Origin: Gammaproteobacteria bacterium | GTDB taxonomy: Bacteria > Pseudomonadota > Gammaproteobacteria > Eutrophobiales > Eutrophobiaceae | DNA: 64,000 nt | NCBI GenBank assembly: GCA_965261775.1 | Contig: OZ253477.1 | Coordinates: 355,311-419,310, forward strand | Direction: 5' to 3' | Shown: positions 20,901 through 31,754 of the stretch, piece after piece | Layout of the letters: every line of letters starts with the position of its first letter | Position numbering within the stretch: position 1 is the stretch's first letter | Made by a program: the position numbers and the translations under genes | The notes under the pieces: model-generated | The model's database searches: none | The model's input: the letters and a program-made list of their open reading frames with translations, nothing else | What the model was told of the DNA's origin: nothing

Positions 20901-21705
20901 TTTTCCAGCTACTCCAGAACTGAAGGTCGGCGTTTCCAGCATGAGCGATGACGGGCAGACCGCGCATCAGATCTTTCGGCAACACGTTTTTGGCTTTAAT
21001 GTAAATATCACCGTCCCATTCGGCGCCCAGAGCGTTGCCTTTGAGAAGCATGTAGATATTTAACGCCTGTTCGTCGTTATTGTTCGGATTGACAAAAACA
21101 TTGAGCCGTGCCTGATGTTCATCGGTTTCCAATTCAAGCCGGACATTGGAGAAGGTAAGCGTCTCCTGGTTTGTTTTGTGATCGCGCCAGGACAAGGTCG
21201 TATTCTCAAGCACAATGTATTTTTGCGTCAGAAACCATTCCGATAAAGCTGTATTTTCCACATCATTCTCCATGGTGATACGGTTTTTGCTATCAATGCC
21301 GATTGAAATCGTGTCATCCGGATTTTGTGTGAGTTCAAGTTGCAGTCCGTTTACCGACAGGGAATACGGCACGATTTTACCCTGCAAAATACTGACAACC
21401 GGGGCAATACTGATATGGGCGGAATCAAGGCGGGTGATCATCTCATGACTGTCTGGCGTATAGAGATCGACCTGGTTTAGAAACAGATGGGGTGTCCAGC
21501 CTTCCCATTCGGCCCGGATATGATTGATCGTGACCGGGTAACGCATGTATTCACTCAGCCATATCTGTATCTCTTCCCGATAGTTTTCGACCTGGGGCAG
21601 GGCAAGGCGCAGCATTGTGACTAGTATTGCCGTACCGAGCGTGATGATTGCAAGGGCGTACCAGAGCAAACGATAGGCGATAATCAGGCTTCTTTTAAAC
21701 ATCAA
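17941..21705 (-). CDS. yhdP: YhdP-family (AsmA-like) large inner-membrane protein
   Basis: 1254 aa, N-terminal TM anchor, located immediately downstream of rng as in E. coli. Confidence 0.8.
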   Translation of the reverse strand: MMFKRSLIIAYRLLWYALAIITLGTAILVTMLRLALPQVENYREEIQIWLSEYMRYPVTINHIRAEWEGWTPHLFLNQVDLYTPDSHEMITRLDSAHISIAPVVSILQGKIVPYSLSVNGLQLELTQNPDDTISIGIDSKNRITMENDVENTALSEWFLTQKYIVLENTTLSWRDHKTNQETLTFSNVRLELETDEHQARLNVFVNPNNNDEQALNIYMLLKGNALGAEWDGDIYIKAKNVLPKDLMRGLPVIAHAGNADLQFWSSWKKARLINFSATLEYRDFSIDYNNAVLPVNLARLYFDGERRDEDDWLFNLQTKALETAHGDWAPGKYQLLVKKSTDDTRHYHAWLSYLKLEDILPFLDTTVNSLGISPGLDWSLTGGELTQTRIDINDTPPASNSLRFSTRFRNLGGVNHNNNDWVKGLDGSIHMDNKSVKIELDTEQAQVNTLSFFEQPFTVEDIGGVIEFNHQTVPELKLHQTRFIANGLSIKTSGNIRFEEPSPFIDLLARMDRGDTGRIIALLPVKTDPELKKWLARALSDNSPVSSDLLYRGYLSDFPFKQEEGRFQAVLNIADVNLEYNLGWPPVDNADVETLFNNETVRFSFNSGHIFKARINNIDAVIKDITQENKTLSIKSDVSAHTDDIRHFIEQSPLNDSSFLSEIKHNLVGNAHIKTNLNIPMSEEETTFNGTIRFSEASFKWKPSELGLEKINGDVHFNNNDFWTDKIIASYRGNPVEVNIPRQPEKKPDTKSVIVSGLANESFIAEQLELFFPASPGPGKSVRDYFSGQSLWEITIGTSQQESGLDSELINIRSDLTGTAIDLPAPIGKLEQESRPLQIRIGLKPTTREIHINYDNIVLTGTVDESRVDLQTALKHLDLSAWLPVLNQKKTYIAAASNENNPSLSFNLSIEELKILGNRFKDVQIDLSHPDDAWEVAFHSDDIKGTAKFIRAEDGGHDRLWVNLAHIIISDFDKQAEDTPVTIKNFPELDIKIDKTIYKENDLGQAILLTTNTDDGININQLNFSKPGFVINASGKWTQTNNVDYTESSASLQADSISEMLNTFNYAGTNIEGGRTKIELQADWQGTPMDFSLKNTNGKLNMDIGKGRFLDIDPSVGRLFGLLSVQMLPRRLALDFTDLFTKGFAFNSINGNFNLQGGDAYTNDLQMQGVSADISISGRTGLSAEDYDQIATVTPKISSSLPMAGALFGPIGIGIGAAIYLGGELLNKNINTMLDYQYSIQGNWNNPDVQRITE

Positions 21706-23249
21706 AGTAACACAATGTCATATTGCTCCTGCGTATAGAGAGTCTCCACTTGAAAAGAGATCGGTTTACCAATGGATTTTTCCAGTTCGGCAACTCTGTT
21801 GGCTTCATCGTCCAGAAGTAGATCGACCACGTTTTGTGAGGCGATGATTAACAGTTTGTCCGCCTCAAATTGCTGTATCTGCCGCAATATTTCCTGAAAA
21901 ATTTCATAACAGACCGTCTCGGGCGTTTTTATTGAAGCGCGGCCATCGCAAACAGGGCAGGTTTCACAGAGAATATGTTCCAGGCTTTTATAGACCCGTT
22001 TGCGTGTCAGTTGTACTAGTCCCAGAGAGGTTAGCTCACTCAGTGTCGTCTTGCATCGGTCTTTCTCGACATGTTTTTGCAGCATGTGTAACACGGTCTG
22101 ACCGTGCTTGCTGTCCTGCATATCAATGAAATCGATGATAATAATGCCGCCGAGATTGCGTACACGAAGCTGTCGTGCGATAGCGCCGGTGGCCTCCAGA
22201 TTGGTTTTGTAAATGGTTTCTTCCTGATTGCGGTGACCGATAAAGGCACCGGTATTGACGTCAATCGTTGTCATGGCTTCAGTCTGGTCAATGATCAGAT
22301 GCCCGCCGGATTTTAACGGTACTTTTCTTTTCAGTGAATGCTGTATTTCGTCCTCAATAGAATATAAATCCAGGATCGGACACGGGTCTGTGTAATATTC
22401 AATGCGACCAAGAAACTCCGGGATAAATTTGCGGGAAAATTCCATTAATTGTTGATAGGCTTCTCTGGAATCAATACGGATTTTTTTAATATTGGTATGT
22501 ACCAGATCGCGCATGGTGCGCATGACAAGCGGGATATCTTCATGGACGAGGCTGGGTATGGCGGCGTTTTCCGCGCGTGTGATGATGGATTCCCATATCT
22601 TGCGCAGGAACTCAATATCACGAAAAATATGTTCATCCGAAGCATGCTCGGCAGCTGTGCGAACGATAAAGCCGCATTTTTTAAGAATTTCCGATTCACG
22701 CACGGCGCTATGCAAAACAACGTTATCTTCATTCCCTATCGCGAGTCGTTCTATGCCGGATTGATAGTTCAGGATGATATCGTGCAGACGCTCGCGCTCT
22801 TTTTCGTTTCCAATACGCTGGGAAACGCCAATAAAAGGATGGTTTGGAATAAAAACCATATAACGTGAGGAGATGGACAGGCGTTTTGTCAGTCTTGCCC
22901 CTTTGTTGCCGATAGGATCTTTGATGATCTGAACGAGGATGTCCTCGCCTTCTTTAAGAATCGCTTCAATGGATTGCTGTTCGCCCGCAGACGGTTGCGA
23001 TTCAGTGTCTGGTACAGGAACATCGTAGAAAATATCCGAAAGGTGCAGAAAGCCGTTTCGCTCAAGCCCGATATCAATAAACGCCGCCTGCATACCCGGC
23101 AATATTTTCGCTACCCGGCCTTTGAATATGCTACCGACCGGCCCGCATTTCCGAGGGCGTTCTATATGGATTTCCTGCAAGATACCGTTTTCGACTATGG
23201 CGACGCGATTTTCTCTGGGAGTGACATTGATGAGGATCTCTTCAGTCAT
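21702..23249 (-). CDS. rng: Ribonuclease G
   Basis: S1 domain plus RNase E/G catalytic domain, 515 aa. Confidence 0.85.
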   Translation of the reverse strand: MTEEILINVTPRENRVAIVENGILQEIHIERPRKCGPVGSIFKGRVAKILPGMQAAFIDIGLERNGFLHLSDIFYDVPVPDTESQPSAGEQQSIEAILKEGEDILVQIIKDPIGNKGARLTKRLSISSRYMVFIPNHPFIGVSQRIGNEKERERLHDIILNYQSGIERLAIGNEDNVVLHSAVRESEILKKCGFIVRTAAEHASDEHIFRDIEFLRKIWESIITRAENAAIPSLVHEDIPLVMRTMRDLVHTNIKKIRIDSREAYQQLMEFSRKFIPEFLGRIEYYTDPCPILDLYSIEDEIQHSLKRKVPLKSGGHLIIDQTEAMTTIDVNTGAFIGHRNQEETIYKTNLEATGAIARQLRVRNLGGIIIIDFIDMQDSKHGQTVLHMLQKHVEKDRCKTTLSELTSLGLVQLTRKRVYKSLEHILCETCPVCDGRASIKTPETVCYEIFQEILRQIQQFEADKLLIIASQNVVDLLLDDEANRVAELEKSIGKPISFQVETLYTQEQYDIVLL

Positions 23250-23503
23250 AAAAATCCGGCATTATGCCATGCCTCCGCTTCGGGTGGCGTTTTCAACAAT
23301 GGTTATTCGCGCTGCCTGCCGACAGTGCGACAGTTCAGGCGGGACTGCAAACGGCGGGACACGCAGCATTTTCCATTCCGCCGTCGTTCAGGCTGGATTG
23401 GTTGATTTTCTGCCAATATGAATGATGCTCGTCGGGCAATCCCTGTCAGGAGACGTCTTTGACCGTTGCCACCGATCGTCTGACAGCGTATGACGACACT
23501 TAT

Positions 23504-24268
23504 TCAACGAGGGGGAATATCGCTATCGCTGTCTTCTTCATCCTGAAAAAGATCGTCGTAATTATCAAGCGGCGGATTACCGTCATAAATCAGGGATTCA
23601 CGTTTTTGCAGATATGCTTCGCGCGTGAACACATAAGTATCAATGGCCGCTTCATCGCGAATATCAGTTGCCTTCAGCAGGTTAGCTCGACGGTTAATGG
23701 CAGCAAATATATTCACCGGGAACAGGACTCCCCCGGAGACATAATAGAGTGGGTTCAACAATGTACTCGGCACATAGTCGGTTGAATTGCGTACCGTATT
23801 TGGTCCGAGTAGAGGCAGATATAAATAGGCACTTCTATCAACACCCCAGACGGCAAGTGTCTGGCCGAAATCTTCCTGATTCCTGTTCAGACCCATCGGG
23901 GTAGCGACGTCAAACAGACCTCCGATACCCAGCGTTGAGTTGAAAACAAGTCTGAGCGAGTCGTTGACGCCCTGTTCAAATTTGCCCTGCAGGACATCAT
24001 TAAAAATGACGTTAAGATAGGTCAGGTTGTTAAAAAAGTTTGTTACACCCTGTCTGACCGGTTCAGGAGTAATGTCTACATACTTCCTGGCGACCGGTTT
24101 TATAATATGGCCGTCAAGTGTTTCATTGATATCGAAAAACACGCGGTTGGTCGGTTCAACAGGATCGGCATCAGCGGTTTTTCTTGAAGTCGCACACGCT
24201 GTTGTCATCAGCAAAAGTCCCGTCAAAAACAAGCGTTTTAATATTTCAGAAAAATGTTTTTTGTCCAT
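23504..24268 (-). CDS. mlaA: MlaA/VacJ outer-membrane lipoprotein
   Basis: Lipobox (…LLLMTTACAT), VacJ family. Confidence 0.8.
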   Translation of the reverse strand: MDKKHFSEILKRLFLTGLLLMTTACATSRKTADADPVEPTNRVFFDINETLDGHIIKPVARKYVDITPEPVRQGVTNFFNNLTYLNVIFNDVLQGKFEQGVNDSLRLVFNSTLGIGGLFDVATPMGLNRNQEDFGQTLAVWGVDRSAYLYLPLLGPNTVRNSTDYVPSTLLNPLYYVSGGVLFPVNIFAAINRRANLLKATDIRDEAAIDTYVFTREAYLQKRESLIYDGNPPLDNYDDLFQDEEDSDSDIPPR

Positions 24269-24628
24269 TCTTATTTCTGCTTAACCAAGTGGTTGATACC
24301 TATCAAATAGGGCATTATATACGTATTTTACGTGACAAAATGATTGTAGTGCCGGATTTTTCGCTTTTAGGGATGGCGGCATTTAAGCCATTCATAAACA
24401 AAGAGTGGCTATTCCCTATGGGTATTTTATTCACCACTATCCCACACTACCTATGACAATAATTTTAGGTGTTCCAGGTGGATTTATCAATAGGCATGTC
24501 AAAATGGCTTTCATGCCGCTGATTTTCCATAAGGGCAGGGAATAAAAAAGCGCAATTTACTTATCTTGTGTAGTTACCTTCTATGAAAAGCAACAAACTT
24601 TCCGTATAAGGGAATAAACAATGCCAGA

Positions 24629-25243
24629 TTAATTTTGTTTTGCCCGTGCGGCGTCAATTTTTTCCTGCAGCGCCTCGATCAGACTGTCATACCCCCGTTC
24701 CTCAATAAGCTGCGTGTATTCGGCACGCTTTAACGACAGGTCATTGACCCCGTTGGCAATGATGCTGATGATTTTCCAGCCGTCCGCCGTGTCCTGTACG
24801 AGATAATCAAGACTGACGTCTTCGTTGTCTGGCAGGATTAATGTTGTTCTGATCACAAAGCGATTTGCTCTGATTTCTTCCGTGTTGTTCACGTTGAATG
24901 ATTGGCCGTTGAACGAATCAAACCAGTCGGCGTAATTGCTGATGACCAGACGATTGAACAGGTCTATGAATTCTTTTCGTTGCTCGTCGTCCAGCGTTTT
25001 CCAATGGCGTCCCAGGACCACTCTGGCGATCAAGGGCGTATGGAAATGTTTCAGAATGACGGGTTCCAGCTTTTCGTATCGGCGTTCATAGTTATCAGCC
25101 TGTTGCATGACGCTGATCAGTTTCTCATGCAGGGCTATTACCGGTTTTGTGACGTTCTCATCGGCGGCGACCGGGGTGGATAGGAACAGGATAAAAAAGC
25201 CAGGGAACAGTGTGGTTTTAAGTATCTGGTTTTTCTTGTACAT
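24629..25243 (-). CDS. MlaC/Ttg2D-family periplasmic lipid-binding protein (HpnM-like)
   Basis: Signal peptide, ~200 aa. It lies next to hpnI/hpnH. Confidence 0.55.
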   Translation of the reverse strand: MYKKNQILKTTLFPGFFILFLSTPVAADENVTKPVIALHEKLISVMQQADNYERRYEKLEPVILKHFHTPLIARVVLGRHWKTLDDEQRKEFIDLFNRLVISNYADWFDSFNGQSFNVNNTEEIRANRFVIRTTLILPDNEDVSLDYLVQDTADGWKIISIIANGVNDLSLKRAEYTQLIEERGYDSLIEALQEKIDAARAKQN

Positions 25244-25308
25244 TTTTATTACTCTCGTCTCGCGTTATAAATGTCTATTTCAGACTTTGATTTTATGAAA
25301 AGGTGCAA

Positions 25309-26436
25309 TTAGCCAGCACCGTAATACCGACCCTTCCAACTGACCCCTTTGCCAAAATGATAGTGTATCGCCGAACCCCAGGTCATAATGAGATAAAGCC
25401 CTCCGGCCAACGTCAGTCCCGGGGCATACAGCGGATTGATTGAATAATAGCGTAATATCGGCAGGTAACACAGGGTTTGCAGCCCAAGCGTGAGCAGCCC
25501 CGTGGTTAGCAGGTATAAATCGCCTTGTATCAAACCCTGTATCAGGGCTACAACCGGTAAGATAAACGCGGCTGTCATCAGCAGGGTACAAAGCAACAAC
25601 AATAACGGAGAACAGCCCAGTTGTATATAGGCTGTCCGCTGTATCATCAGCCAGATGGCATTCAAAGTGCTGTAATCGCGCCGGCTGGATGCCGAATGGG
25701 TCAGTCCGGTCCAGGTCTTGTGCCCCCGCTGTTTAATCTGTGCGGCCAGTGAGCAATCGTCAATCAGTGCCTGTTTGATACAGGCAAACCCACCGAGTGC
25801 GTCCAATACCTCTCTTTTCAGCAATATGCAGCCGCCAGCCGCCGCCGCGATGCGTGAATCGGGCTTATTGGACAGGGCAAACGGATAGAGAAGCTTGAAG
25901 AAAAAGACAAATGCCGGTATCAATAATTTTTCCCAGTTCGATTCCATCTTCAGTTCCGCCATTAACGACACCATCTGCAATTTTTCGTTACGGGCCTTTT
26001 CCAGAAGTGTGGTAATGATACCGGGTGCAAGTGCAATATCGGCGTCCAGCAGAAGTATAAATTCTGTTCCGATGTGTCGACGTCCCTGTTCCAGTGCCCA
26101 CAGTTTGCCACTCCAGCCCGGGGCCGGGGAGCTCCCCGCAATAATGGTGAGTCGTTCAGGTAGCGCGGAACGTGCGATTTCGGCGGTGTTATCTTCGGAT
26201 TGATCGTCAACCAGAATAACATTCAGGTTGTTCCCCTGTTTGAGCAAGGTCAGGGTTTCGGCAATGGTGTCCGCTTCGTTTCGAGCCGGGATAAGCACGG
26301 TGATATCGGACAAATCGGCCTGTCGGTCATTCTGGCTGTCAAGTTTTTCACGGGTGGAACACGGTCGCCAGGGCAACAACGAGATAGCGAGCCAGATCGA
26401 CAATCCCGGCAGAAACGCCGGGAGCGTCCATTCCAT
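25309..26436 (-). CDS. hpnI: Family-2 glycosyltransferase, hopanoid-associated (HpnI-like)
   Basis: GT2 motifs (VLIPARNE…, DDQSED…, DAD). Its start overlaps the hpnH stop (TGATG). Confidence 0.6.
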   Translation of the reverse strand: MEWTLPAFLPGLSIWLAISLLPWRPCSTREKLDSQNDRQADLSDITVLIPARNEADTIAETLTLLKQGNNLNVILVDDQSEDNTAEIARSALPERLTIIAGSSPAPGWSGKLWALEQGRRHIGTEFILLLDADIALAPGIITTLLEKARNEKLQMVSLMAELKMESNWEKLLIPAFVFFFKLLYPFALSNKPDSRIAAAAGGCILLKREVLDALGGFACIKQALIDDCSLAAQIKQRGHKTWTGLTHSASSRRDYSTLNAIWLMIQRTAYIQLGCSPLLLLLCTLLMTAAFILPVVALIQGLIQGDLYLLTTGLLTLGLQTLCYLPILRYYSINPLYAPGLTLAGGLYLIMTWGSAIHYHFGKGVSWKGRYYGAG

Positions 26437-27566
26437 CAGGCGACCCGTTTGTTCCCGCCACAGCTTCCCTTTGTCGTACTGGACACTACTTCCAGACGAC
26501 CAGGTGCCGTTTCATCCTCATAAAGCACAGGTAGTTCGGGTGCCATCTCACCCTCGGTGCCTGGCCCTTTGAGAAAGATACCCAGGGCCTTCAGGGGATG
26601 TGCCATGGTGTCATTGACTGCGGTTGCCTCATAGCCCGAATGCACCATACAGTTGGCGCATTTTGGATTTTTTCCAGTACCGTAACGCTCCCATTCAGTC
26701 TCTTCCAGCAAGGCGGTGAACGTCGGCGCGTAACCTTCGCCGACAAGTAGATAGCAGGGTTTCTGCCAGCCAAATACATTGCGGGTCGGGTTCCCCCAAG
26801 GGGTACAGGCGTAAGTCTGGTTCCCGGCGAGGAAATCCAGATAGAGCGGCGATTGATTGAAACGCCATTTTTTACCTCTGCCCAGCTTAAAGAGATCGCG
26901 AAAAAGCTGCTTGCTTTCCTTCTTTTTCAGGAACACATCCTGTTTGGGGGCGCGTTCATAACTGTAGCCGGGTGATATGGTCACACCTTCGACGCCCAGT
27001 TCCATGGCCATGTCCATGAATCCGGCGACTTCCCCGGCTGTTTCATTCTGAAACAAGGTGCAGTTGATCGTGACGCGAAAGCCTTTTTCCCGGGCAAGTT
27101 TGATCACCTTGATACATTTATCAAACACGCCGTCCAGACAAACCGAGGTGTCATGGCGTTCACGATTGCCGTCCAGGTGTATGGAAAAGGTCAGATAGGG
27201 AGACGGTGTATATTCATTAATATGTTTTTTTAACAGGAGGGCGTTGGTGCAGAGGTAGACGAATTTTTTACGCCTGATAAAGCCCTCGACAATCCGACTC
27301 ATTTCCTTATGGATAAGTGGCTCCCCGCCAGCTATGGAGACAATGGGCGTGCCGCATTCCTCAATCGCCTGCATGCATTCATCGTAGCTCATGCGTTTAT
27401 CCAGTATCTCTTTTGGATAATCAATTTTGCCGCAGCCGGCACAACTCAGGTTACAGCGAAATAAAGGCTCAAGCATCAGTACCAGCGGATATTTCTTCAC
27501 GCCGCCGATTTTCTTGCCAAGAATATATTTTCCAACTCTGTACTGCTGAATCAGTGGAACACCCAT
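26436..27566 (-). CDS. hpnH: Hopanoid biosynthesis radical SAM protein HpnH (adenosylhopane synthase)
   Basis: CNLSCAGCGKI radical-SAM motif. The conserved N-terminus MGVPLIQQYRVGKYI… means the start is probably at 27566 rather than 27686. Confidence 0.8.
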   Translation of the reverse strand: MGVPLIQQYRVGKYILGKKIGGVKKYPLVLMLEPLFRCNLSCAGCGKIDYPKEILDKRMSYDECMQAIEECGTPIVSIAGGEPLIHKEMSRIVEGFIRRKKFVYLCTNALLLKKHINEYTPSPYLTFSIHLDGNRERHDTSVCLDGVFDKCIKVIKLAREKGFRVTINCTLFQNETAGEVAGFMDMAMELGVEGVTISPGYSYERAPKQDVFLKKKESKQLFRDLFKLGRGKKWRFNQSPLYLDFLAGNQTYACTPWGNPTRNVFGWQKPCYLLVGEGYAPTFTALLEETEWERYGTGKNPKCANCMVHSGYEATAVNDTMAHPLKALGIFLKGPGTEGEMAPELPVLYEDETAPGRLEVVSSTTKGSCGGNKRVA

Positions 27567-28102
27567 TAAAAGACTCCGATAACGCAAAACGGAAATTGTA
27601 CAGTCATTTTTGTAAAAGACAATTTTTCCTGGCGCCGCTATCGCCGCAAAATCCAAAAAAACAGGGCGACACAGGGGCCATGGCAATACACATTTGTTGT
27701 GTACGTAATGGTAGCGATAATCAGCACCTTCGCCGCATCAATATAAACCCTGATGGTGCCGGGATGCAACACAGTCGCCTGCCGTTTGTGGACGGAAGGC
27801 CGGGGGATCGGGTTCATCCCCGGGGGGCATTGCACTTGTGCCGGATTGTTGCCTGCCAAAAGCAGTAGTGCGTCATTTGAGGTTGATGTTTGCGCGTAGA
27901 CGGGCAGGGCGACGCTTTTTGTCGGGGGGCCGCGGCTGGTGCGGATTTGTGATGAGGTCAACGTGGCCGGAGTGCGGTTGCCTGTTTTTTGATAAACTGT
28001 TACTCATTATCAGTTTCCAATGGTCCACTATTTTCATTCTTGCATGAAAGTGGCGCAGTATTCATAATAATAGCCCGATTGAGAGTTTCAACTGATGCAG
28101 TG

Positions 28103-30007
28103 ATGAGCGAAAAAATAAACACACCTTTGTTGGACCGGATTTATTCCCCTGTCGATATACGGCAACTGTCCGAATCCGAACTGGAAACGCTGGTTACAGA
28201 ACTCAGGGCGTTTCTGCTCAATTCCGTCAGCAGGAGTGGCGGCCATTTTGCGGCCAGCCTCGGCACCGTAGAATTAACGGTCGCTTTGCATTATCTATAC
28301 AACACGCCGGAAGACCGCCTGGTTTGGGATGTCGGCCATCAGGCCTATATTCACAAGATATTGACCGGCAGAAAGGATCGTCTGCATACCATCCGCCAAT
28401 GGGAGGGACTGGCCCCGTTTCCAAAGCGCAGTGAGAGTGAATATGATACTTTCGGTGTGGGGCATTCCAGTACATCTATCAGTGCGGCACTGGGGATGTC
28501 GATTGCCGCTGCCAGAACCGGTTCTAATCGAAAATGCGTGGCGATCATCGGTGATGGTGGTTTGACCGCTGGCATGGCCTTTGAGGCGTTGAATAACGCC
28601 GGTGATCTGCATAGCGACCTGCTGGTTATCCTGAATGACAATAATATGTCTATTTCACCCAATGTCGGTGCCTTGTCCAATCGTTTTGCGCAGTTACTGT
28701 CAGGCAGATTCTATTCCAGCGTTCGCAGAGGTAGCAAGAAATTTCTGTCCAATATCCCGAACGCGCTCGAGATTGCAAAACGCGCTGAGGAGCATGTCAA
28801 GGGTTTCATCGGGCCGGGCACCCTGTTTGAAGAATTCGGTTTTAATTATATCGGACCGATTGACGGCCATGATTTACCAGTGCTGCTCAGTACGCTTGGT
28901 AATATCCAGGAGCTTGAAGGCCCGCAGTTTCTGCATGTGATTACCCGCAAGGGCAAGGGTTATGGTCCGGCGGAAGATGATCCGGTCAAATATCACGGTG
29001 TCACCCCGTTTGACCCCGGAAAAGGTATTGTATCTTCCGGCAAAGCGGGCGGCAGTCCGACCTACAGCAAGGTTTTCGGCGACTGGGCCTGTGACATGGC
29101 CGCGCAGGACAAGCGGTTTGTCGCCATCACGCCAGCCATGCGCGAAGGTTCGGGACTGGTGCGGTTTGAGCAGGAACACCCGGATCAATACTTTGATGTT
29201 GCCATTGCCGAACAGCACAGTCTGACGGTGGCGGCCGGTATGGCCTGTGACGGACTAAAACCTGTTGTGGCGATTTATTCGACTTTTCTGCAGCGGGCCT
29301 ATGATCAGTTGATTCACGATATCGCCTTGCAGGCCCTTCCGGTTTTATTCGCAATAGACCGGGCCGGTTGCGTCGGCGCCGATGGCCCCACGCATAACGG
29401 CGCTTATGATATCAGTTTTATGCGATGTATTCCCAATATCGTCTTGATGGCCCCGGCGGACGAAAACGAATGTCGGCAGATGCTCTATACCGGATATCAG
29501 CTGGATCAGGCAGCGGCCGTTCGTTACCCGCGCGGTACTGGACCGGGTGTTGATATACAGGAAAAGATGACGGCTTTGCCGGTTGGTAAGGCCGAGATCA
29601 GGCGCAAGGGGAGGGGGCTTGCAATACTGGCTTTCGGGGCGATGGTGGCGCCTTGTGAACGCATCGCTGAAAGACTTGACGCGACGATGGTCAATATGCG
29701 TTTTGTCAAACCGCTTGATGAGGAATGTATTCTGGAGATGTGTGGTGAACATGATCTGATTGTGACCGTGGAGGAGAACGTGATTCAGGGGGGGGCTGGC
29801 GAGGCCGTCAATCAGGTGATGTCGACACATGGTATCAACCAACTGATTGCCAATCATGGTTTGCCGGACAGGCTCATCCAGCATGGGTCAAGGGACGACA
29901 TGTTAAAGGACGCCGGGCTGGACTATGACGGTATTCTTGATTTCATCAACAAACGCATGGCGACGTCCGTAAAAAGACAGAAACTCAAAAGCGCGTCTGG
30001 CGCTTGA
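28103..30007 (+). CDS. dxs: 1-deoxy-D-xylulose-5-phosphate synthase (start at [13 protein letters not shown])
   Basis: Canonical Dxs N-terminus, TPP-binding GDGG…NDN motif, ~635 aa. Confidence 0.9.
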   Translation: MSEKINTPLLDRIYSPVDIRQLSESELETLVTELRAFLLNSVSRSGGHFAASLGTVELTVALHYLYNTPEDRLVWDVGHQAYIHKILTGRKDRLHTIRQWEGLAPFPKRSESEYDTFGVGHSSTSISAALGMSIAAARTGSNRKCVAIIGDGGLTAGMAFEALNNAGDLHSDLLVILNDNNMSISPNVGALSNRFAQLLSGRFYSSVRRGSKKFLSNIPNALEIAKRAEEHVKGFIGPGTLFEEFGFNYIGPIDGHDLPVLLSTLGNIQELEGPQFLHVITRKGKGYGPAEDDPVKYHGVTPFDPGKGIVSSGKAGGSPTYSKVFGDWACDMAAQDKRFVAITPAMREGSGLVRFEQEHPDQYFDVAIAEQHSLTVAAGMACDGLKPVVAIYSTFLQRAYDQLIHDIALQALPVLFAIDRAGCVGADGPTHNGAYDISFMRCIPNIVLMAPADENECRQMLYTGYQLDQAAAVRYPRGTGPGVDIQEKMTALPVGKAEIRRKGRGLAILAFGAMVAPCERIAERLDATMVNMRFVKPLDEECILEMCGEHDLIVTVEENVIQGGAGEAVNQVMSTHGINQLIANHGLPDRLIQHGSRDDMLKDAGLDYDGILDFINKRMATSVKRQKLKSASGA

Positions 30008-30018
30008 TCTCCCGGTGG

Positions 30019-30540
30019 TTAATCAAACGTTCGCGTCAGCGGATCATCCGGTGTCGCTGTATAGTCGGCAATATAATTTTCAATTTCCGCTATTTCGACC
30101 ACGCCGGGCCAGCGTACAACGGGTTCGCCATTCGGATGATAAATGGCGATCAGTGGAATGGCCGGTAACCGCATGCCGATTAATTGCGAGGCCATGTCTA
30201 TATCTGCCAGAAACAAGGGATAGTTCAGTGGGGTGTGAGCGATAAAATCCCGCAATACATCAAGTTTGCCGTAGCCGAAGCTGGGAAAATCAAGAGTGAT
30301 GCCCAGCACCGGGATGTCCGGGTTTCGTGCGATAAATTCCTTTATGCGTGGCAGCTCGGTAACGCAGGCACTGCAATCAGGGCTCCAGACATTAATTATT
30401 ACCCATCGGCCTTTGCCGATATAGCGGTCAAGGGGTTCTTCAATGCCTGTTACGGCGTTCATCAGGTGCATATCAACGGCATCGGTGCGCACAGATACCG
30501 TCAACAGCAATAATACCGATAACATAATACTGCCTTTCAT
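30019..30540 (-). CDS. TlpA/ResA-like periplasmic thiol-disulfide oxidoreductase
   Basis: Signal peptide, WSPDCSAC (CXXC) thioredoxin fold. Confidence 0.6.
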   Translation of the reverse strand: MKGSIMLSVLLLLTVSVRTDAVDMHLMNAVTGIEEPLDRYIGKGRWVIINVWSPDCSACVTELPRIKEFIARNPDIPVLGITLDFPSFGYGKLDVLRDFIAHTPLNYPLFLADIDMASQLIGMRLPAIPLIAIYHPNGEPVVRWPGVVEIAEIENYIADYTATPDDPLTRTFD

Positions 30541-30606
30541 TTGCAGCAGATTATACATCTTTTTTTATCTGTACGGTGCGACCATTGCCGTATAAAATAA
30601 CCAGCC

Positions 30607-31704
30607 ATGTCAGGCAACACTTTTGGAAAAATTTTCAGCGTGACCAGTGCTGGCGAGAGCCATGGCCCGGGGTATCTCTGTATTGTTGACGGTTGTCCTC
30701 CCGGTCTGGCCATTACCGAAAATGACATGCAGGTTGACCTGGACCGGCGCAAGCCGGGAAAATCGTCGCACGTTACGCAACGCAAGGAGTCGGACAGGGT
30801 CAGTATCCTGTCGGGCGTGTTTGAAGGTGTCACGACAGGAACCCCCATCGGTTTATTGATTGAAAATGAAGATCAGAAATCGAAAGACTATGACAATATT
30901 AAAGACCGGTTTCGACCGGGTCATGCCGATTACACCTATCAACAGAAATACGGCAGGCGTGATTATCGTGGAGGTGGCCGCGCATCCGCGCGCGAGACAT
31001 GTATGCGCGTCGCTGCCGGTGCTATTGCAAAAAAATATCTGAGAGAAAAGCACGGCACGATTATCCGCGGTTACCTCGCCCAGTTAGGGCCGATCAAGAT
31101 CCAACATAAAAACTGGGCGGCGGTTGAAAACAACCCTTTTTTCTGCCCCGATGACGGATGTGTGAGCGAACTTGAGGATTATATGAACGCGCTCCGGAAG
31201 GAAGGTGAATCCGTCGGCGCACGCGTCAATATCGTCGCAGAAAGAGTGCCGCCAAGTCTAGGAGAACCTGTATTTGATCGGCTTGATGCCGATATCGCCA
31301 AAGCGGTGATGAGTATTAATGCTGTCAAGGGCGTTGAAATCGGTGCTGGTTTTGCCTCTATTGAGCATAAGGGTACCCAACATCGGGATGAAATGACGAC
31401 GGAAGGTTTTATCGGGAATAATGCCGGGGGGATCCTCGGGGGTATTTCATCTGGACAGGATATCCTGGTGAGTATCGCGTTGAAACCGACTTCCAGCATT
31501 CGTCTGAGCGGCAACACTATAGACAGGGAAGGTAATCCAGTCAAGATTGTGACCAAGGGTAGACATGATCCCTGTGTCGGGATCCGTGCTGCGCCGATAG
31601 CCGAAGCCATGCTGGCGCTGGTATTGATGGACCATGTCCTGCGTCATCGCGCCCAGAATGCCGATGTGGATTCGATTACCCCGATAATCCCGGCCGCCTG
31701 TTGA
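30607..31704 (+). CDS. aroC: Chorismate synthase
   Basis: [22 protein letters not shown]… canonical N-terminus. Confidence 0.9.
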   Translation: MSGNTFGKIFSVTSAGESHGPGYLCIVDGCPPGLAITENDMQVDLDRRKPGKSSHVTQRKESDRVSILSGVFEGVTTGTPIGLLIENEDQKSKDYDNIKDRFRPGHADYTYQQKYGRRDYRGGGRASARETCMRVAAGAIAKKYLREKHGTIIRGYLAQLGPIKIQHKNWAAVENNPFFCPDDGCVSELEDYMNALRKEGESVGARVNIVAERVPPSLGEPVFDRLDADIAKAVMSINAVKGVEIGAGFASIEHKGTQHRDEMTTEGFIGNNAGGILGGISSGQDILVSIALKPTSSIRLSGNTIDREGNPVKIVTKGRHDPCVGIRAAPIAEAMLALVLMDHVLRHRAQNADVDSITPIIPAAC

Positions 31705-31754
31705 ATTAAAATCAGCTTTATAGCCGGGATGGTGTTTCCCCAATAGCCTGGCAA

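Noticed and set aside
25280-25591. 103-aa ORF overlapping the 3' part of hpnI in another frame
   Set aside because: It is embedded within a well-supported gene and has no independent signals.
28227-29884. Several minus-strand ORFs (28295..28612, 28874..29218, 29345..29884 and others) within dxs
   Set aside because: They are antisense to a highly conserved, clearly coding gene.
31179-31743. Minus-strand ORFs inside aroC
   Set aside because: Antisense overlap with aroC.
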